Source: a bacterium
GTDB taxonomy: Bacteria; Planctomycetota; UBA8108; UBA1146
Assembly (NCBI GenBank): GCA_029976805.1
Contig: JAPOLY010000005.1
Location: forward strand, 1,353-65,352
DNA length: 64,000 bases
Direction of reading: 5' to 3'
In this document: positions 39,057-48,820 of the stretch, in pieces
Numbering within the stretch: position 1 is the first letter of the stretch
Layout of the letters: every line of letters begins with the position of its first letter
Position numbers and translations under genes: made by a program
The notes under the pieces: model-generated
What the model was told of the DNA's origin: nothing
Seen by the model: the letters and a program-made list of their open reading frames with translations, nothing else
Database searches by the model: none

Positions 39057-42000
39057 ATGTCTCAGCTCCTTCGTCATCGCCTTGCCACTTTGCTACTGGC
39101 GATTTTTGTATTGGTAACCGGTGTCTTTTGCAGCGACGTCACAGTTGCTGGTGATGCTGTGTTCGTGGATACCGCCCAAATCAAGGTTTACGGTGCACGC
39201 TCAGACTCAAATCTGGGTAAATCCGTATCCGGTGCCGGTGATGTCAACATGGATGGTTACAAAGACACCATTCTTGGAGCACCGGAAAATGACAACACCT
39301 CGGATGGTCGCAGGGGCCATGCCTACATCGTATTGGGTTCCCCCAATATCGAGACTGAAATCGACCTGAAGAACCCGACACCTGGTACCACGATTAAAAT
39401 CGTCGGTTCACATGCGGGAGACCTTCTCGGTTACTCGGTCTCCGATGCAGGAGACGTCAACGGTGACGGGATTTCCGACTTCCTGATCGGAGCCCCAAAT
39501 TCTTATGGAAGCGGTGGATCGGATGAGGACGGCAATGGACGTGCCTACCTGATCTATGGTTCAGCCAACCTTCCCTCTGTCATCCACGTCGGATCACTGG
39601 GTAGCCTCGGCGTCACCTTTATTGGTGGACAGGAATCGGGTCACTTTGGCTACTCTGTCAGTGGTGCTGGAGACTTCAACTCTGATGGATATGCCGATCT
39701 CCTGATCGGTGCGCCGGATGAGGAGCATGGATCTTCCAACAGCGGTGCCGCATACCTCATCTACGGGGGCATGCTCTCTGGAACCATCGATCTGAAATTC
39801 GGTCACTCTTCTGTGACACGCTTCAAAACCGGTGGCAACAGTGACAATGTCGGTCACTCCGTTGCTGACCTCGAAGACTTCGATGGTGACGGTCACGATG
39901 ACATCGCGATCACCGCCATGCGCCATCCTGACGACGGCGGTATTAACGCCGGACGGGTCTGGGTGGTTTATGGTGGAATGTCCACAGGACCCAACGTCAA
40001 CTTGAACAATCTCTCGGACTACGGTCTTTCCGGCACAAAAATTCGCGTTCCCGATGGTGACCATGAGCTGGGTCAATCTGTCGCTGGAGCAGGGGATGCC
40101 GACAACGACGGTGATTCCGAGATTTTGATCAGCCGTTCCCTTCACGATCAGGATCCCACCACTTTGCAGACGATTGCCTATCTGGTGCGTGGATCCGCTG
40201 ATCGCCCGGCAACGATTCATCTCGGTCAGGGTGGTCCAGGCATCACTGCCTACAAAACCCTTTTCGACAATGATGAAGATGGCCAGACGGTTCACGGTAT
40301 CTATGACCACTCTGGAGATGGCCTTGACGATCACATCGTTGGTATCCCGAGAACCGTGATTCTTGAGCAGGAAAAAGGCAGCGCTCATCGCGTCAATGGT
40401 GGACAGGATCTTGGAGCCAATGAAGTGCTCGATCTTCACCAGCAGGAAGGCAGAGCCTACCTGGGAGTCCATGACAACCAGTCCGTGGGACGTTCCGTGG
40501 GTGGAGTTGGTGATATCAACGACGACCGCGCCAACGACCTCGTCATCGGTGCCCCTGGTGCCAGTCCTTACGGTCGTTTCCGTGCCGGTGTTGCCTACTT
40601 CTTCCTCGGCAAGGAACTCCGTTCACCGAATCAGGTTCAAACCAGTGCAGTCGGTCAGGTTGTGACCGTCACTTGGAACAATCGGGCCGTTTACGACACC
40701 GTTGAGTTGTTCCGTGATGGCATGCTGTTGGCCACACTTCCTGGTGATACTGAAACCTACACCGACTCAAATGTGGCCTACGGGGATCACACCTACAGAG
40801 TCCGCGGAAATCGCAGACACATCACGACCGTTAAAAAGTCGAGCATGATTCGTGTACTGACGCCGATTTCCAACTTCGAGTGCACCTCTCAGGGTCGCAA
40901 TGTGACCCTCGAGTGGCATAACAACGACAACTACTCTTCCACGGATGTCTATCGTGACGGAAACCTGATTGCGACCACTCCAGGTGGCGCCCAGTCTTAC
41001 TCCGATATCGACGTTTCGTATGGCCCCCATACCTACACCCTTGTGTCGCGTGGAGACCGAAGCGAAACCTTGCCGACCCACTGCATGATCAATGTCTTGC
41101 AGCCCCCTTACCTGCCCAGCTGTTTTGCTGAGCCAAACCCGGTCAGCAATGATGTGGAAGCCACCATTAACTGGACCAATGGCCCTGACACGATTTATGA
41201 AAACATCCGTATCTTCCGGGACGATCAGCTTCGCGCCACGATCTCCGGAACAGCGGTCACCTACACAGAAGTGCTTCCCGAGCCGGGAACCTACACCTAC
41301 TCCGTGCAAGGTGTCGATGACTCTGGGCGTGCACTCAGTGACAAGATCTACTGTGAAGTCGTCGATCCGATCGCACCGAAAGCTTTGGAGTGCAGCTCCA
41401 TCGGCCAGATCGCATTCTTCAACTGGGTTAATACCGACGCTTACGACACGATCATCATTGAGTTTGGCCCCGCGGATGGTTCGCAACCTCCGGTGAATCT
41501 GGCCACTCTTGCCGGTAACACCCAGTCCTACCAGACGACTGTGGCTGCCCCGGGTGAGTACACCGTATGTATTCGCGGTGAAAGCCTGATGGATCCCAAC
41601 TCGCCGAACTTCGGTCAGTCCAGCAGGATCTGCTGCACCCTTTCCGTTCCCTACCCTCTGGCAAACCTGACTTCGTCAGCCCAGGGTCAAGTCGTGAATC
41701 TGGAATGGGAAAATGGCGGTGAGTATGACACCATCGAAATCCTTCGGGATGGTCTCTTCCTTGCAAGCATCAGTGGTCACCTGACCAACTACACTGACAA
41801 CGCAGTTCCCTTCGGACTTCGGGAGTACACTCTGAGAGCCAAGCTGCGTCAGGGTGTGACCGACGATATCAGCACCTCTATCACGGTGTTGCGTTCTCCC
41901 GAGAACTTCACCTGCCGTGGTGAAGCAGATCAGGTTCGCCTGAACTGGACCAACCCACTTCCCAGCTACAGCGATATCGACATTTACAGGGATGGGCAGC

Positions 42001-45000
42001 ACCTGACGAGCGTCTCCGGTGACGATATGGAGTACATCGATGCTCCTCTGAGCCCGGGATCCTTCAGTTACTCCATCAAGGCACGTCTTGGAAGCAGCAC
42101 CAGTGATTCTTCCGATTGCGATACGGTGATTCCTGAGCCGATCAACACGGTTGGAACTGGGCTTCTGAATGGTCGCAACGTACTGATCACCTGGGCTAAC
42201 CCGGTGACGGAAGCCACTTCGGTGCGCCTCTTCCGCGATGGCAATGAGATTGCTTCGCTTCCGCCGACCACCACTGCATTCCTTGATCCGGATCTTTTAG
42301 TCGGAACCTACACCTACTGTGTGCGGGCAGAGATTGATGATAACTACAGCAGTCTTTCCTGTGCAGATGCCATCGTCCCGGCTCCGCCGAATGACATCAC
42401 CTGCACTGTTGATAACGCTGTCACCACGGTCACTTGGACCAACGGTGAACTCTACGACAACATCATCATCATGCGTGATGGTGGAACTATCGAAGAAGAA
42501 ATCGCCGGTGATGCCAGTTCTTACGTCGATAACAATCCAGGGCCAGGACCTCACCTTTATCAGGTCTTCGGGCGCATCGGCGACTTCGTCTCCGAAAGCC
42601 TCGACTGCCAGGTCATCGTGCCTTATCCGCCGGCGCAGCTCGTCTGCACTCTGGCGAATGGCACGGATTCGGTCTTGAGTTGGATCAACACCGAGCCTTC
42701 CACAAGCATCCTGATCTACAGGGACGGAGTTCAAATCGCTGAAGTGGCACCGGATGCCGGTGGATACACGGATGCGGGTGTTGCTCCGGCCACCTACACC
42801 TACTGTGTGGTCAATGTCTTTGCCCATGCTCCGGGTTCCAAGACCAGTGCGCCGACCTGCTGCGACCTGGTTGTTCCGGCACCGCCGACCAATCTCACCT
42901 GCCTCTCCGTTTCCGGAGACGTGGAGTTGGCATGGGTCAACAATGATGCCTACGAAACCCTGACCCTGCGTCGTGATGGCAACGTCATTGCGGAGTTGGA
43001 TGGAACCAGCACCTCGTACACCGATCCGCTGGTCACTCCTGGGAATCACATGTACTCCATTGCCGGAACGATCCTGGGCAATACCTCCACTTACGATTCC
43101 TGCATGGAAGATGTGCCTGCAGCGATTACGGACCTCTCCTTGAGTTCCTTCGCTGATACCGTGACTCTCAACTGGAATCACAGTGGACCCGGCGATGAAG
43201 TGGTCATCGCCCGTGACGGCACCGTGATCGCCACTTTGAGCAGCTCTGAGACCACCTACACCGATACGGGCCTTGCTGCCGGTGATTACGAGTACTGCCT
43301 GACGATGACCATCGGTGACGGTACCAGCCCGACCGTTTGCGGATTCATTCACGTTCTTGCAAATCCGAGTGACCTCAGTTGTGTCTCCGCTGCCGGCTTC
43401 GTTAATCTTTCATGGACCAACAACGACGCCTACGACAATCTGGTCATCGAGCGCGATGGAACCTTGCTGGCGATCCTGTCCGGAACAGACACCAGCTACA
43501 CCGACGGCAGCGCCGCGGTGGGCCTGCGTTCCTACACCCTCCGTGGTGAGACCTCGACCAGCATCAGTGGTAATGACAGCTGCACCGTCGACCACTTCCT
43601 TACGGCACCGGGTAACCTCAGTTGCTCCGTGACTGCCGGAGAAGCCGACCTTTCGTGGACCAATGGTGACACCTACGAAAGCATCGTCGTCAGCCGCGAT
43701 GGCACCCTTCTCGAGATTCTTCCGGGAGATGTCACCAGCTACCATGATGCCACCATCGTTTATGGATCCCGTTCCTACTCCCTGGTGGCAACCGGTGGCA
43801 GTATCGAAAGTGATCCGACCAGCTGTGGCCTCGAAGTTCCGGCCATGCCTATGGACCTCGCCTCCAGCACCCTCGACGACACCGTTACCCTGACCTGGAC
43901 CCTTGCGGCACCGGGTGAGGCTCAGACAGTGACACGCGATGGAGCTGTGATCGCCACCATCGGTGGTGGTATGACGATGTTCACCGACACCCCGGGACCG
44001 GGCACCTACGAATACTGTGTGACCAACTCCATCGGCGGCAATACCAGTGCCACTGTGTGTACCGCTGCCAGAGTGCTCGCCAACATGACCGGATTCTCCT
44101 GCAGCTCCGCTGCCGGTCTGGTCACCATCACCTGGACCAACAACGACACCTACGGTGCCCTGTTGCTGGAGCGGGACGGCGAAAAACTGGCCAGCCTCAA
44201 TGGTGATACCAGTTCCTACGTCGATACCACTGCAGATACCGGCAACCACACCTACGAGTTGACTGCTTCTGTGGAGACGGAAAACACCACCAGTGGAACC
44301 TCCACCTGTACCGTGCTTCACGAGTTGGCTCCGGTCTCCGACCTGGCCTGCTCCGTCACCGCCGGTGAAGTCGATCTTTCCTGGAACGTCAACGACACCT
44401 ACGAGTCGATCAGCCTGAGCCGTGACGGTGAGTTCCTCGCCCTTCTCTCCGGAGATGCGACCTCTTACCACGATGCGGACGCGCTGGCCTTTGGTGCTCA
44501 CACCTACTCTCTGGTGGCTGCTGCCGGCTCTATCGAAAGTGATGCGACCAGTTGCACCGTCGAGGTTCCGTCCACTCCCGAGAATCTGGTTTGCACCCTT
44601 TCGAATGGTGCTCAGGTTCAGTTGAGCTGGGATCTTCCGGCTGCCGGCAGTTCCGTCAGCATCTTCCGGGATGGTGCCCTGATCGACACTCTGGGTGGAT
44701 CAGCCACGAGTTACACCGACACTCCGGGTTCGGGGGTCTACACCTACTCCGTAGTCAACAACAGTGCCGACGGTACTTCACCGGCGACCTCTTGTGACAT
44801 CGTCGTTCCGGTGCCGCTGTCCGGCCTCGGTTGCACGACCATCGGTGACGGTAACATTCTCACGTGGACGAATGGTGAAACTTACGACTCCATTGCCGTC
44901 TACCGCAATGGTGAGAAGATCGGTGCCGCCAATGGAGGAACCGAGTCCTTCACCGACTTCCCGCTGGATGCCGGAACCTACGACTACGACCTGATCGCCA

Positions 45001-45569
45001 GCATCGGTACCTCCGAGACGGCTCCGGTCTCTTGCTCTGTCACGATCCTGCCGCCACCGATCAATCTTGCGTGCACTTTCTACGGTGCACCGATCAACCT
45101 GAACTGGGTCAACACTGCCAACTACACGACGATTCACATCGAGCGTAACGGGGTACTTCTGGCCTCGATTTCCGGCAATGCCACCCAGTACCAGGACATC
45201 GTTCCGGTGGAAGGTGACTACAGCTACGTGATCTATGGTGAGCATGCCGACGGTGTCACCACCTCGACCACCTGCTCCGGATACGTCAAGCGCTTCCTCA
45301 GGGGTGATGCCAACAGCGACACCAACTGCGATATCGCTGACGGTATCTGGGTCCTGAACTGGCTCTTCATCGGAGGACAGGAGCCGACCTGTTACGACTC
45401 CGCGGACTTCGACGATAACGGACTCGTCACCATTGGCGACGCCATGCTGATGATCTTCTACTACCTGCACGCTGAGGGTATGCCGAGCATGCCTCCCGCG
45501 AACAACTACCCGGAGCCGGGTCTCGACCCGACCGACGACACTCTCGACTGTATTGATTCGCCCTACTAG
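39057..45569 (+). CDS. giant secreted adhesin-like protein: 7 FG-GAP repeats (integrin-alpha-type beta-propeller), ~19 tandem ~88 aa Ig/FN3-like domains, C-terminal RGD-dockerin-like/Cys-tail module
   Basis: Signal peptide MSQLLRHRLATLLLAIFVLVTGVFCSDVTVAG. FG-GAP motifs (GDVNMDGYKDTILGAP, GDVNGDGISDFLIGAP, GDFNSDGYADLLIGAP, GDINDDRANDLVIGAP ...). Repeated domain consensus L.W.N...YD.I.I.RDG..IA.L.G..TSYTD.....G.H.Y.L. The C-terminus is FLRGDANSDTNCDIADGIWVLNWLFIGG...DFDDNGLVTIGDAMLMIFYYL...LDPTDDTLDC. Confidence 0.85.
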   Translation: MSQLLRHRLATLLLAIFVLVTGVFCSDVTVAGDAVFVDTAQIKVYGARSDSNLGKSVSGAGDVNMDGYKDTILGAPENDNTSDGRRGHAYIVLGSPNIETEIDLKNPTPGTTIKIVGSHAGDLLGYSVSDAGDVNGDGISDFLIGAPNSYGSGGSDEDGNGRAYLIYGSANLPSVIHVGSLGSLGVTFIGGQESGHFGYSVSGAGDFNSDGYADLLIGAPDEEHGSSNSGAAYLIYGGMLSGTIDLKFGHSSVTRFKTGGNSDNVGHSVADLEDFDGDGHDDIAITAMRHPDDGGINAGRVWVVYGGMSTGPNVNLNNLSDYGLSGTKIRVPDGDHELGQSVAGAGDADNDGDSEILISRSLHDQDPTTLQTIAYLVRGSADRPATIHLGQGGPGITAYKTLFDNDEDGQTVHGIYDHSGDGLDDHIVGIPRTVILEQEKGSAHRVNGGQDLGANEVLDLHQQEGRAYLGVHDNQSVGRSVGGVGDINDDRANDLVIGAPGASPYGRFRAGVAYFFLGKELRSPNQVQTSAVGQVVTVTWNNRAVYDTVELFRDGMLLATLPGDTETYTDSNVAYGDHTYRVRGNRRHITTVKKSSMIRVLTPISNFECTSQGRNVTLEWHNNDNYSSTDVYRDGNLIATTPGGAQSYSDIDVSYGPHTYTLVSRGDRSETLPTHCMINVLQPPYLPSCFAEPNPVSNDVEATINWTNGPDTIYENIRIFRDDQLRATISGTAVTYTEVLPEPGTYTYSVQGVDDSGRALSDKIYCEVVDPIAPKALECSSIGQIAFFNWVNTDAYDTIIIEFGPADGSQPPVNLATLAGNTQSYQTTVAAPGEYTVCIRGESLMDPNSPNFGQSSRICCTLSVPYPLANLTSSAQGQVVNLEWENGGEYDTIEILRDGLFLASISGHLTNYTDNAVPFGLREYTLRAKLRQGVTDDISTSITVLRSPENFTCRGEADQVRLNWTNPLPSYSDIDIYRDGQHLTSVSGDDMEYIDAPLSPGSFSYSIKARLGSSTSDSSDCDTVIPEPINTVGTGLLNGRNVLITWANPVTEATSVRLFRDGNEIASLPPTTTAFLDPDLLVGTYTYCVRAEIDDNYSSLSCADAIVPAPPNDITCTVDNAVTTVTWTNGELYDNIIIMRDGGTIEEEIAGDASSYVDNNPGPGPHLYQVFGRIGDFVSESLDCQVIVPYPPAQLVCTLANGTDSVLSWINTEPSTSILIYRDGVQIAEVAPDAGGYTDAGVAPATYTYCVVNVFAHAPGSKTSAPTCCDLVVPAPPTNLTCLSVSGDVELAWVNNDAYETLTLRRDGNVIAELDGTSTSYTDPLVTPGNHMYSIAGTILGNTSTYDSCMEDVPAAITDLSLSSFADTVTLNWNHSGPGDEVVIARDGTVIATLSSSETTYTDTGLAAGDYEYCLTMTIGDGTSPTVCGFIHVLANPSDLSCVSAAGFVNLSWTNNDAYDNLVIERDGTLLAILSGTDTSYTDGSAAVGLRSYTLRGETSTSISGNDSCTVDHFLTAPGNLSCSVTAGEADLSWTNGDTYESIVVSRDGTLLEILPGDVTSYHDATIVYGSRSYSLVATGGSIESDPTSCGLEVPAMPMDLASSTLDDTVTLTWTLAAPGEAQTVTRDGAVIATIGGGMTMFTDTPGPGTYEYCVTNSIGGNTSATVCTAARVLANMTGFSCSSAAGLVTITWTNNDTYGALLLERDGEKLASLNGDTSSYVDTTADTGNHTYELTASVETENTTSGTSTCTVLHELAPVSDLACSVTAGEVDLSWNVNDTYESISLSRDGEFLALLSGDATSYHDADALAFGAHTYSLVAAAGSIESDATSCTVEVPSTPENLVCTLSNGAQVQLSWDLPAAGSSVSIFRDGALIDTLGGSATSYTDTPGSGVYTYSVVNNSADGTSPATSCDIVVPVPLSGLGCTTIGDGNILTWTNGETYDSIAVYRNGEKIGAANGGTESFTDFPLDAGTYDYDLIASIGTSETAPVSCSVTILPPPINLACTFYGAPINLNWVNTANYTTIHIERNGVLLASISGNATQYQDIVPVEGDYSYVIYGEHADGVTTSTTCSGYVKRFLRGDANSDTNCDIADGIWVLNWLFIGGQEPTCYDSADFDDNGLVTIGDAMLMIFYYLHAEGMPSMPPANNYPEPGLDPTDDTLDCIDSPY

Positions 45570-45595
45570 GCCTTCATCCCGTTGAGATCTTGTCA

Positions 45596-45636
45596 AATCC
45601 CCCCGCCGTATTGAGACGGCGGGGGGATTTTTTTTG
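45596..45636 (+). terminator. rho-independent terminator
   Basis: ATCCCCCCGCCGT-loop-ACGGCGGGGGGAT followed by T8. Confidence 0.75.
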
Positions 45637-45788
45637 CGTCCTCAACCGGTTCAATCCAACCTATCGGGGTGCCGGATTCCGGCTCTCAGGTTATGCTTAT
45701 TTCCGAGGGCAGGGCATGGCCAGCAGGTCTCTTCAGACCCTCAGTCAGAACTTCGAAACATCGCCTGAAACTGCATTGAAAGCGGCAA

Positions 45789-46199
45789 ATGATCACCGGA
45801 ACCGGCATACCCACTGGAACGGAAGAACGAGCACCAGGATCCTATGGACCCGTCTGCTCCCAGTGTCCCGTTCGCTCCGGTTGCCTCAAAATCTGTGATC
45901 TGGTCGAAAATGTGATCCCCAGCATGGAGAAAGGGCGGGTCGACGCTGAGGACCTCCCTCGCCTGTATATGGGGATTCGTACCGTGAATGTTCTCCTCGA
46001 AAACACCCACCTGCTGACTGACCGGCAGCAGCAAGTTGTCCAGCTTTACTATCGTGAAGCCATGCAGCAGCAGGAAATTGCCCAACGCCTGAAAGTCACT
46101 CAACAGGCTGTGGCAGATGCCCTGGTCCGTGCTCGTCGAGCTGTGGGAAAACACTTTGGCAACCGCGAACTCGCCCGCAACACTCGCTCTGGAACCTGA
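45789..46199 (+). CDS. small regulator: 4-Cys cluster plus sigma-70 region-4-type HTH (no region 2)
   Basis: CSQCPVRSGCLKIC (CxxC...CxxxC), followed by LTDRQQQVVQLYYREAMQQQEIAQRLKVTQQAVADALVRARRAV, which matches sigma-70 region 4.2 / LuxR-like HTH. The start is uncertain (weak RBS). Confidence 0.45.
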   Translation: MITGTGIPTGTEERAPGSYGPVCSQCPVRSGCLKICDLVENVIPSMEKGRVDAEDLPRLYMGIRTVNVLLENTHLLTDRQQQVVQLYYREAMQQQEIAQRLKVTQQAVADALVRARRAVGKHFGNRELARNTRSGT

Positions 46200-46596
46200 T
46201 CTGGCGGCTTTTTCAGGTTAAAGGCCTGATTTCGGCAAGTTTTCCCTGAGTTCAGGCAAGCCCCCCCACTCACTTCCTGTGCCGATTGACACCGGTCCTT
46301 CCCCGGCTAGAATTAAAGATCGGTACCACTGTCAGAGTGAACAAAGTGATTCTCAGGTCTTGAGTCTCCCCAATTTTGGCCCGGTGTCTTCTTTTCAGAG
46401 AAGGTCATTCGTATCCACTGGGGAAACATGTTCAGACCCGGTTCCGGTAACCAACCTGCGGAGAATCCGGTTCGCTTCCGACTGTATTCACCATTTTTCG
46501 TCGGGTGAGCCCAATCCCGACCTTTTCCGCTCCGAACCCTGAGTGGTTCGCATGCGGGGCCTCCCATGAGGTAATTCTCGAGGAAAGAGTGTTCAC

Positions 46597-48747
46597 ATGT
46601 TGCACACCAAAGATTCGATTATCGGTCTTCGATCTTCCGAATTTGCGACCATGAACCGTTGGCTACTGCTGGCGCTGATCCTGATCGTCGGTTCGGTGCA
46701 AAACCAGGCCTCGGCACAGGTGTTCTGTGATCCTGCCAATCCGACTTACGGAACCTGCTTTCTGCAGACAGGAACATTCAGCGGTGACCTTCCCTTTGCG
46801 GTGACCCTGATCCCTGCCACCAACGATCTTTACGTGGCGGATTATCTCAGTGGTGTTTTCTACCGCTACGACGCTCTTGACCTCGCCGCAGCGGCAGAAA
46901 ACTTGGCCTGCCCCAAAGGCCCTGCCACCTACCTCGGGATGGCTTTTTCTGTTCTCGACAACAACCTTTACTGGATCGTCAATGATCAGGGAAGCCTGCT
47001 GCTGGTGGTCTCCAGCCTTGGAGGAAGCTTCATCTCTGAAACCGAGTTGACTCCTCCTTCCGGAACGACCGCCCTCTCGGGACTGACCTGGTTCCCGTCA
47101 ACAAATACTCTTTGGACCAATGACTTTGAAAATGATCAGTACCTCGAGATGAACATGGACGGTTCCTTCACCGGAAACTCCTTCGGAAACCCCCAATCCT
47201 CGGGAGCTGCAGGCGCCTTTGGACTGGGACTTTCGGTCGCTCAGGACATCCTTACTTTTGAGTTCTTCTTTGACCTCCCGGTCGGCCCACCTTCTGCAAA
47301 CCGCACAAGCCTGGTCGAGCGTGTCAATTCGAACGGTGAATCCCAGGGCCTCTCATTCCCGCTGGCCAGCATCAATAACCTGAGTGGCTGGATCACCGGA
47401 ATCGCCTGGGCTCCCCAGGGTTCTGCTGCGGAATCCCCCAGTAACTTCCTCCTCGATCTCACCAATCGGGTGATCGTCGAGGTTCCGGTTCCCAACCCGC
47501 CCGCCCCTTCCATAACCTCTGTCGATTGCACCGCTGACAGCTCCAACGATGTCACTCTCAGCTGGACCAATCCCCTCGCCTACGATCAGGTTGAGATCTT
47601 CAGGGACGGAACCCTGATCTCCACCCTCGGCCCTGGAGGCGATACGTTCCTGGACGAGGATCTCGAGCCGGGGAGCTACAGTTACGAAGTCGTTCCCTTC
47701 CCTGCAGGAGCCAGTTCCGGATTGCCTGCCGCAACATGTGAGCTGGTAGTCGGGTTCGGCAGGCTTCTGGGAGAGGTGGCTCACTCCGGAACTGCACCGG
47801 GTGGCGCAGACGTCATCGAATCAACGAATCAGTTGATCGTTGCCGATTCCAGTGGACTGACCGCATGGTTCTACCAGAAAGACCTCACCCCTCTCTCCAC
47901 CAGCATCCCGGGCCCTTACAGCAGTGCCCAATCCCTCGCTGGTATCGCCGCCGATGGCGACGACAATTTGGCTTGGCTGACGGAGAGCGGAGATCTGAGA
48001 ATCACCGACTTGAGTGGAACCGAAACAGCGGCATTCGCTCTGGCCCTGAACCCCGGCGCCGTTTTGGGTGGCCTGACCTGGTCTGCTCAGATGGAAAGCT
48101 GGCTGACAGTCAACCTTGCTGAGGGTCTGATCCTGAAAATCAATACCGACGGTACTCTCGAAGAAGTCCCCGCTGCACTTCCCACAGGAATGTCTGCGGC
48201 CTCCTTCTTCGGCGGAATCGCCTCCCGTGCAGGTTCCACCAATGTCTATGATCTGGCATTCGGAGCCCTCAACAGTGGCGGTGTCACTCGCCTCGAAAGA
48301 TTCGTGGGGAATACCCCGGTCGGACTGGGATTCGATCTCACGCCCAGCGTCAACTCCGGAGATATTCGTGGGCTCGCAGCCACTGCGAACGGGCCCTTCA
48401 ACTTCCCGGTGACCTACGTGGTCGGTCGCGACTCTGGAACCATCACCATGCTCTCTGGAGATCTCAGTGGTACCGGATCAGACTTCGTTCGCGGGGACGC
48501 GGTGGCAGATGGATCCCTGAACCTTCTCGATGCCACCGAAATGCTGCTTCAACTTTTCCAGTTACAGGACAGCCTTTGCCTCGATTCACTCGACGCCAAT
48601 GACGATGGAGCTTTCAACATTGCGGATCCCCTGCTCCTGCTGGACTACCTTTTCTCCGGCGGCACTCCGATTTCCGATCCTTCGGGAGTGTGTGGAGAAG
48701 ATCCGACGGTCGACAATCTGACCTGCCAGGAGTTCCCCGGCTGCTAA
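46597..48747 (+). CDS. secreted protein with one Ig/FN3-like domain of the giant-protein repeat type and the C-terminal RGD-dockerin-like/Cys-tail module
   Basis: GAGGAAAGAG RBS. Long signal peptide (...MNRWLLLALILIVGSVQNQASAQ). Internal domain VTLSWTNPLAYDQVEIFRDGTLISTLGPGGDTFLDEDLEPGSYSYEV. C-terminus FVRGDAVADGSLNLLDATEMLLQLF...DANDDGAFNIADPLLLLDYLFSGG...CGEDPTVDNLTCQEFPGC. Confidence 0.7.
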   Translation: MLHTKDSIIGLRSSEFATMNRWLLLALILIVGSVQNQASAQVFCDPANPTYGTCFLQTGTFSGDLPFAVTLIPATNDLYVADYLSGVFYRYDALDLAAAAENLACPKGPATYLGMAFSVLDNNLYWIVNDQGSLLLVVSSLGGSFISETELTPPSGTTALSGLTWFPSTNTLWTNDFENDQYLEMNMDGSFTGNSFGNPQSSGAAGAFGLGLSVAQDILTFEFFFDLPVGPPSANRTSLVERVNSNGESQGLSFPLASINNLSGWITGIAWAPQGSAAESPSNFLLDLTNRVIVEVPVPNPPAPSITSVDCTADSSNDVTLSWTNPLAYDQVEIFRDGTLISTLGPGGDTFLDEDLEPGSYSYEVVPFPAGASSGLPAATCELVVGFGRLLGEVAHSGTAPGGADVIESTNQLIVADSSGLTAWFYQKDLTPLSTSIPGPYSSAQSLAGIAADGDDNLAWLTESGDLRITDLSGTETAAFALALNPGAVLGGLTWSAQMESWLTVNLAEGLILKINTDGTLEEVPAALPTGMSAASFFGGIASRAGSTNVYDLAFGALNSGGVTRLERFVGNTPVGLGFDLTPSVNSGDIRGLAATANGPFNFPVTYVVGRDSGTITMLSGDLSGTGSDFVRGDAVADGSLNLLDATEMLLQLFQLQDSLCLDSLDANDDGAFNIADPLLLLDYLFSGGTPISDPSGVCGEDPTVDNLTCQEFPGC

Positions 48748-48765
48748 TATTGCGATCGCTGACGA

Positions 48766-48804
48766 AAAAAGCCCCTCTCCGGGTCACCGGAGAGGGGCTT
48801 TTTT
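48766..48804. terminator. rho-independent terminator (bidirectional)
   Basis: AAGCCCCTCTCCGG-GTCA-CCGGAGAGGGGCTT followed by T8. An A-run precedes it on the opposite strand. Confidence 0.75.
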
Positions 48805-48820
48805 TTGGGCTCTTTCCCCC

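Noticed and set aside
40767-45596. Several 240-360 aa minus-strand ORFs (40767-41486, 42297-43352, 43410-44501, 44778-45596) inside the giant adhesin gene
   Set aside because: All are antisense to a continuous 6.5 kb frame with regular domain periodicity. Their translations are Gly/Val/Asp-rich with no periodicity of their own.
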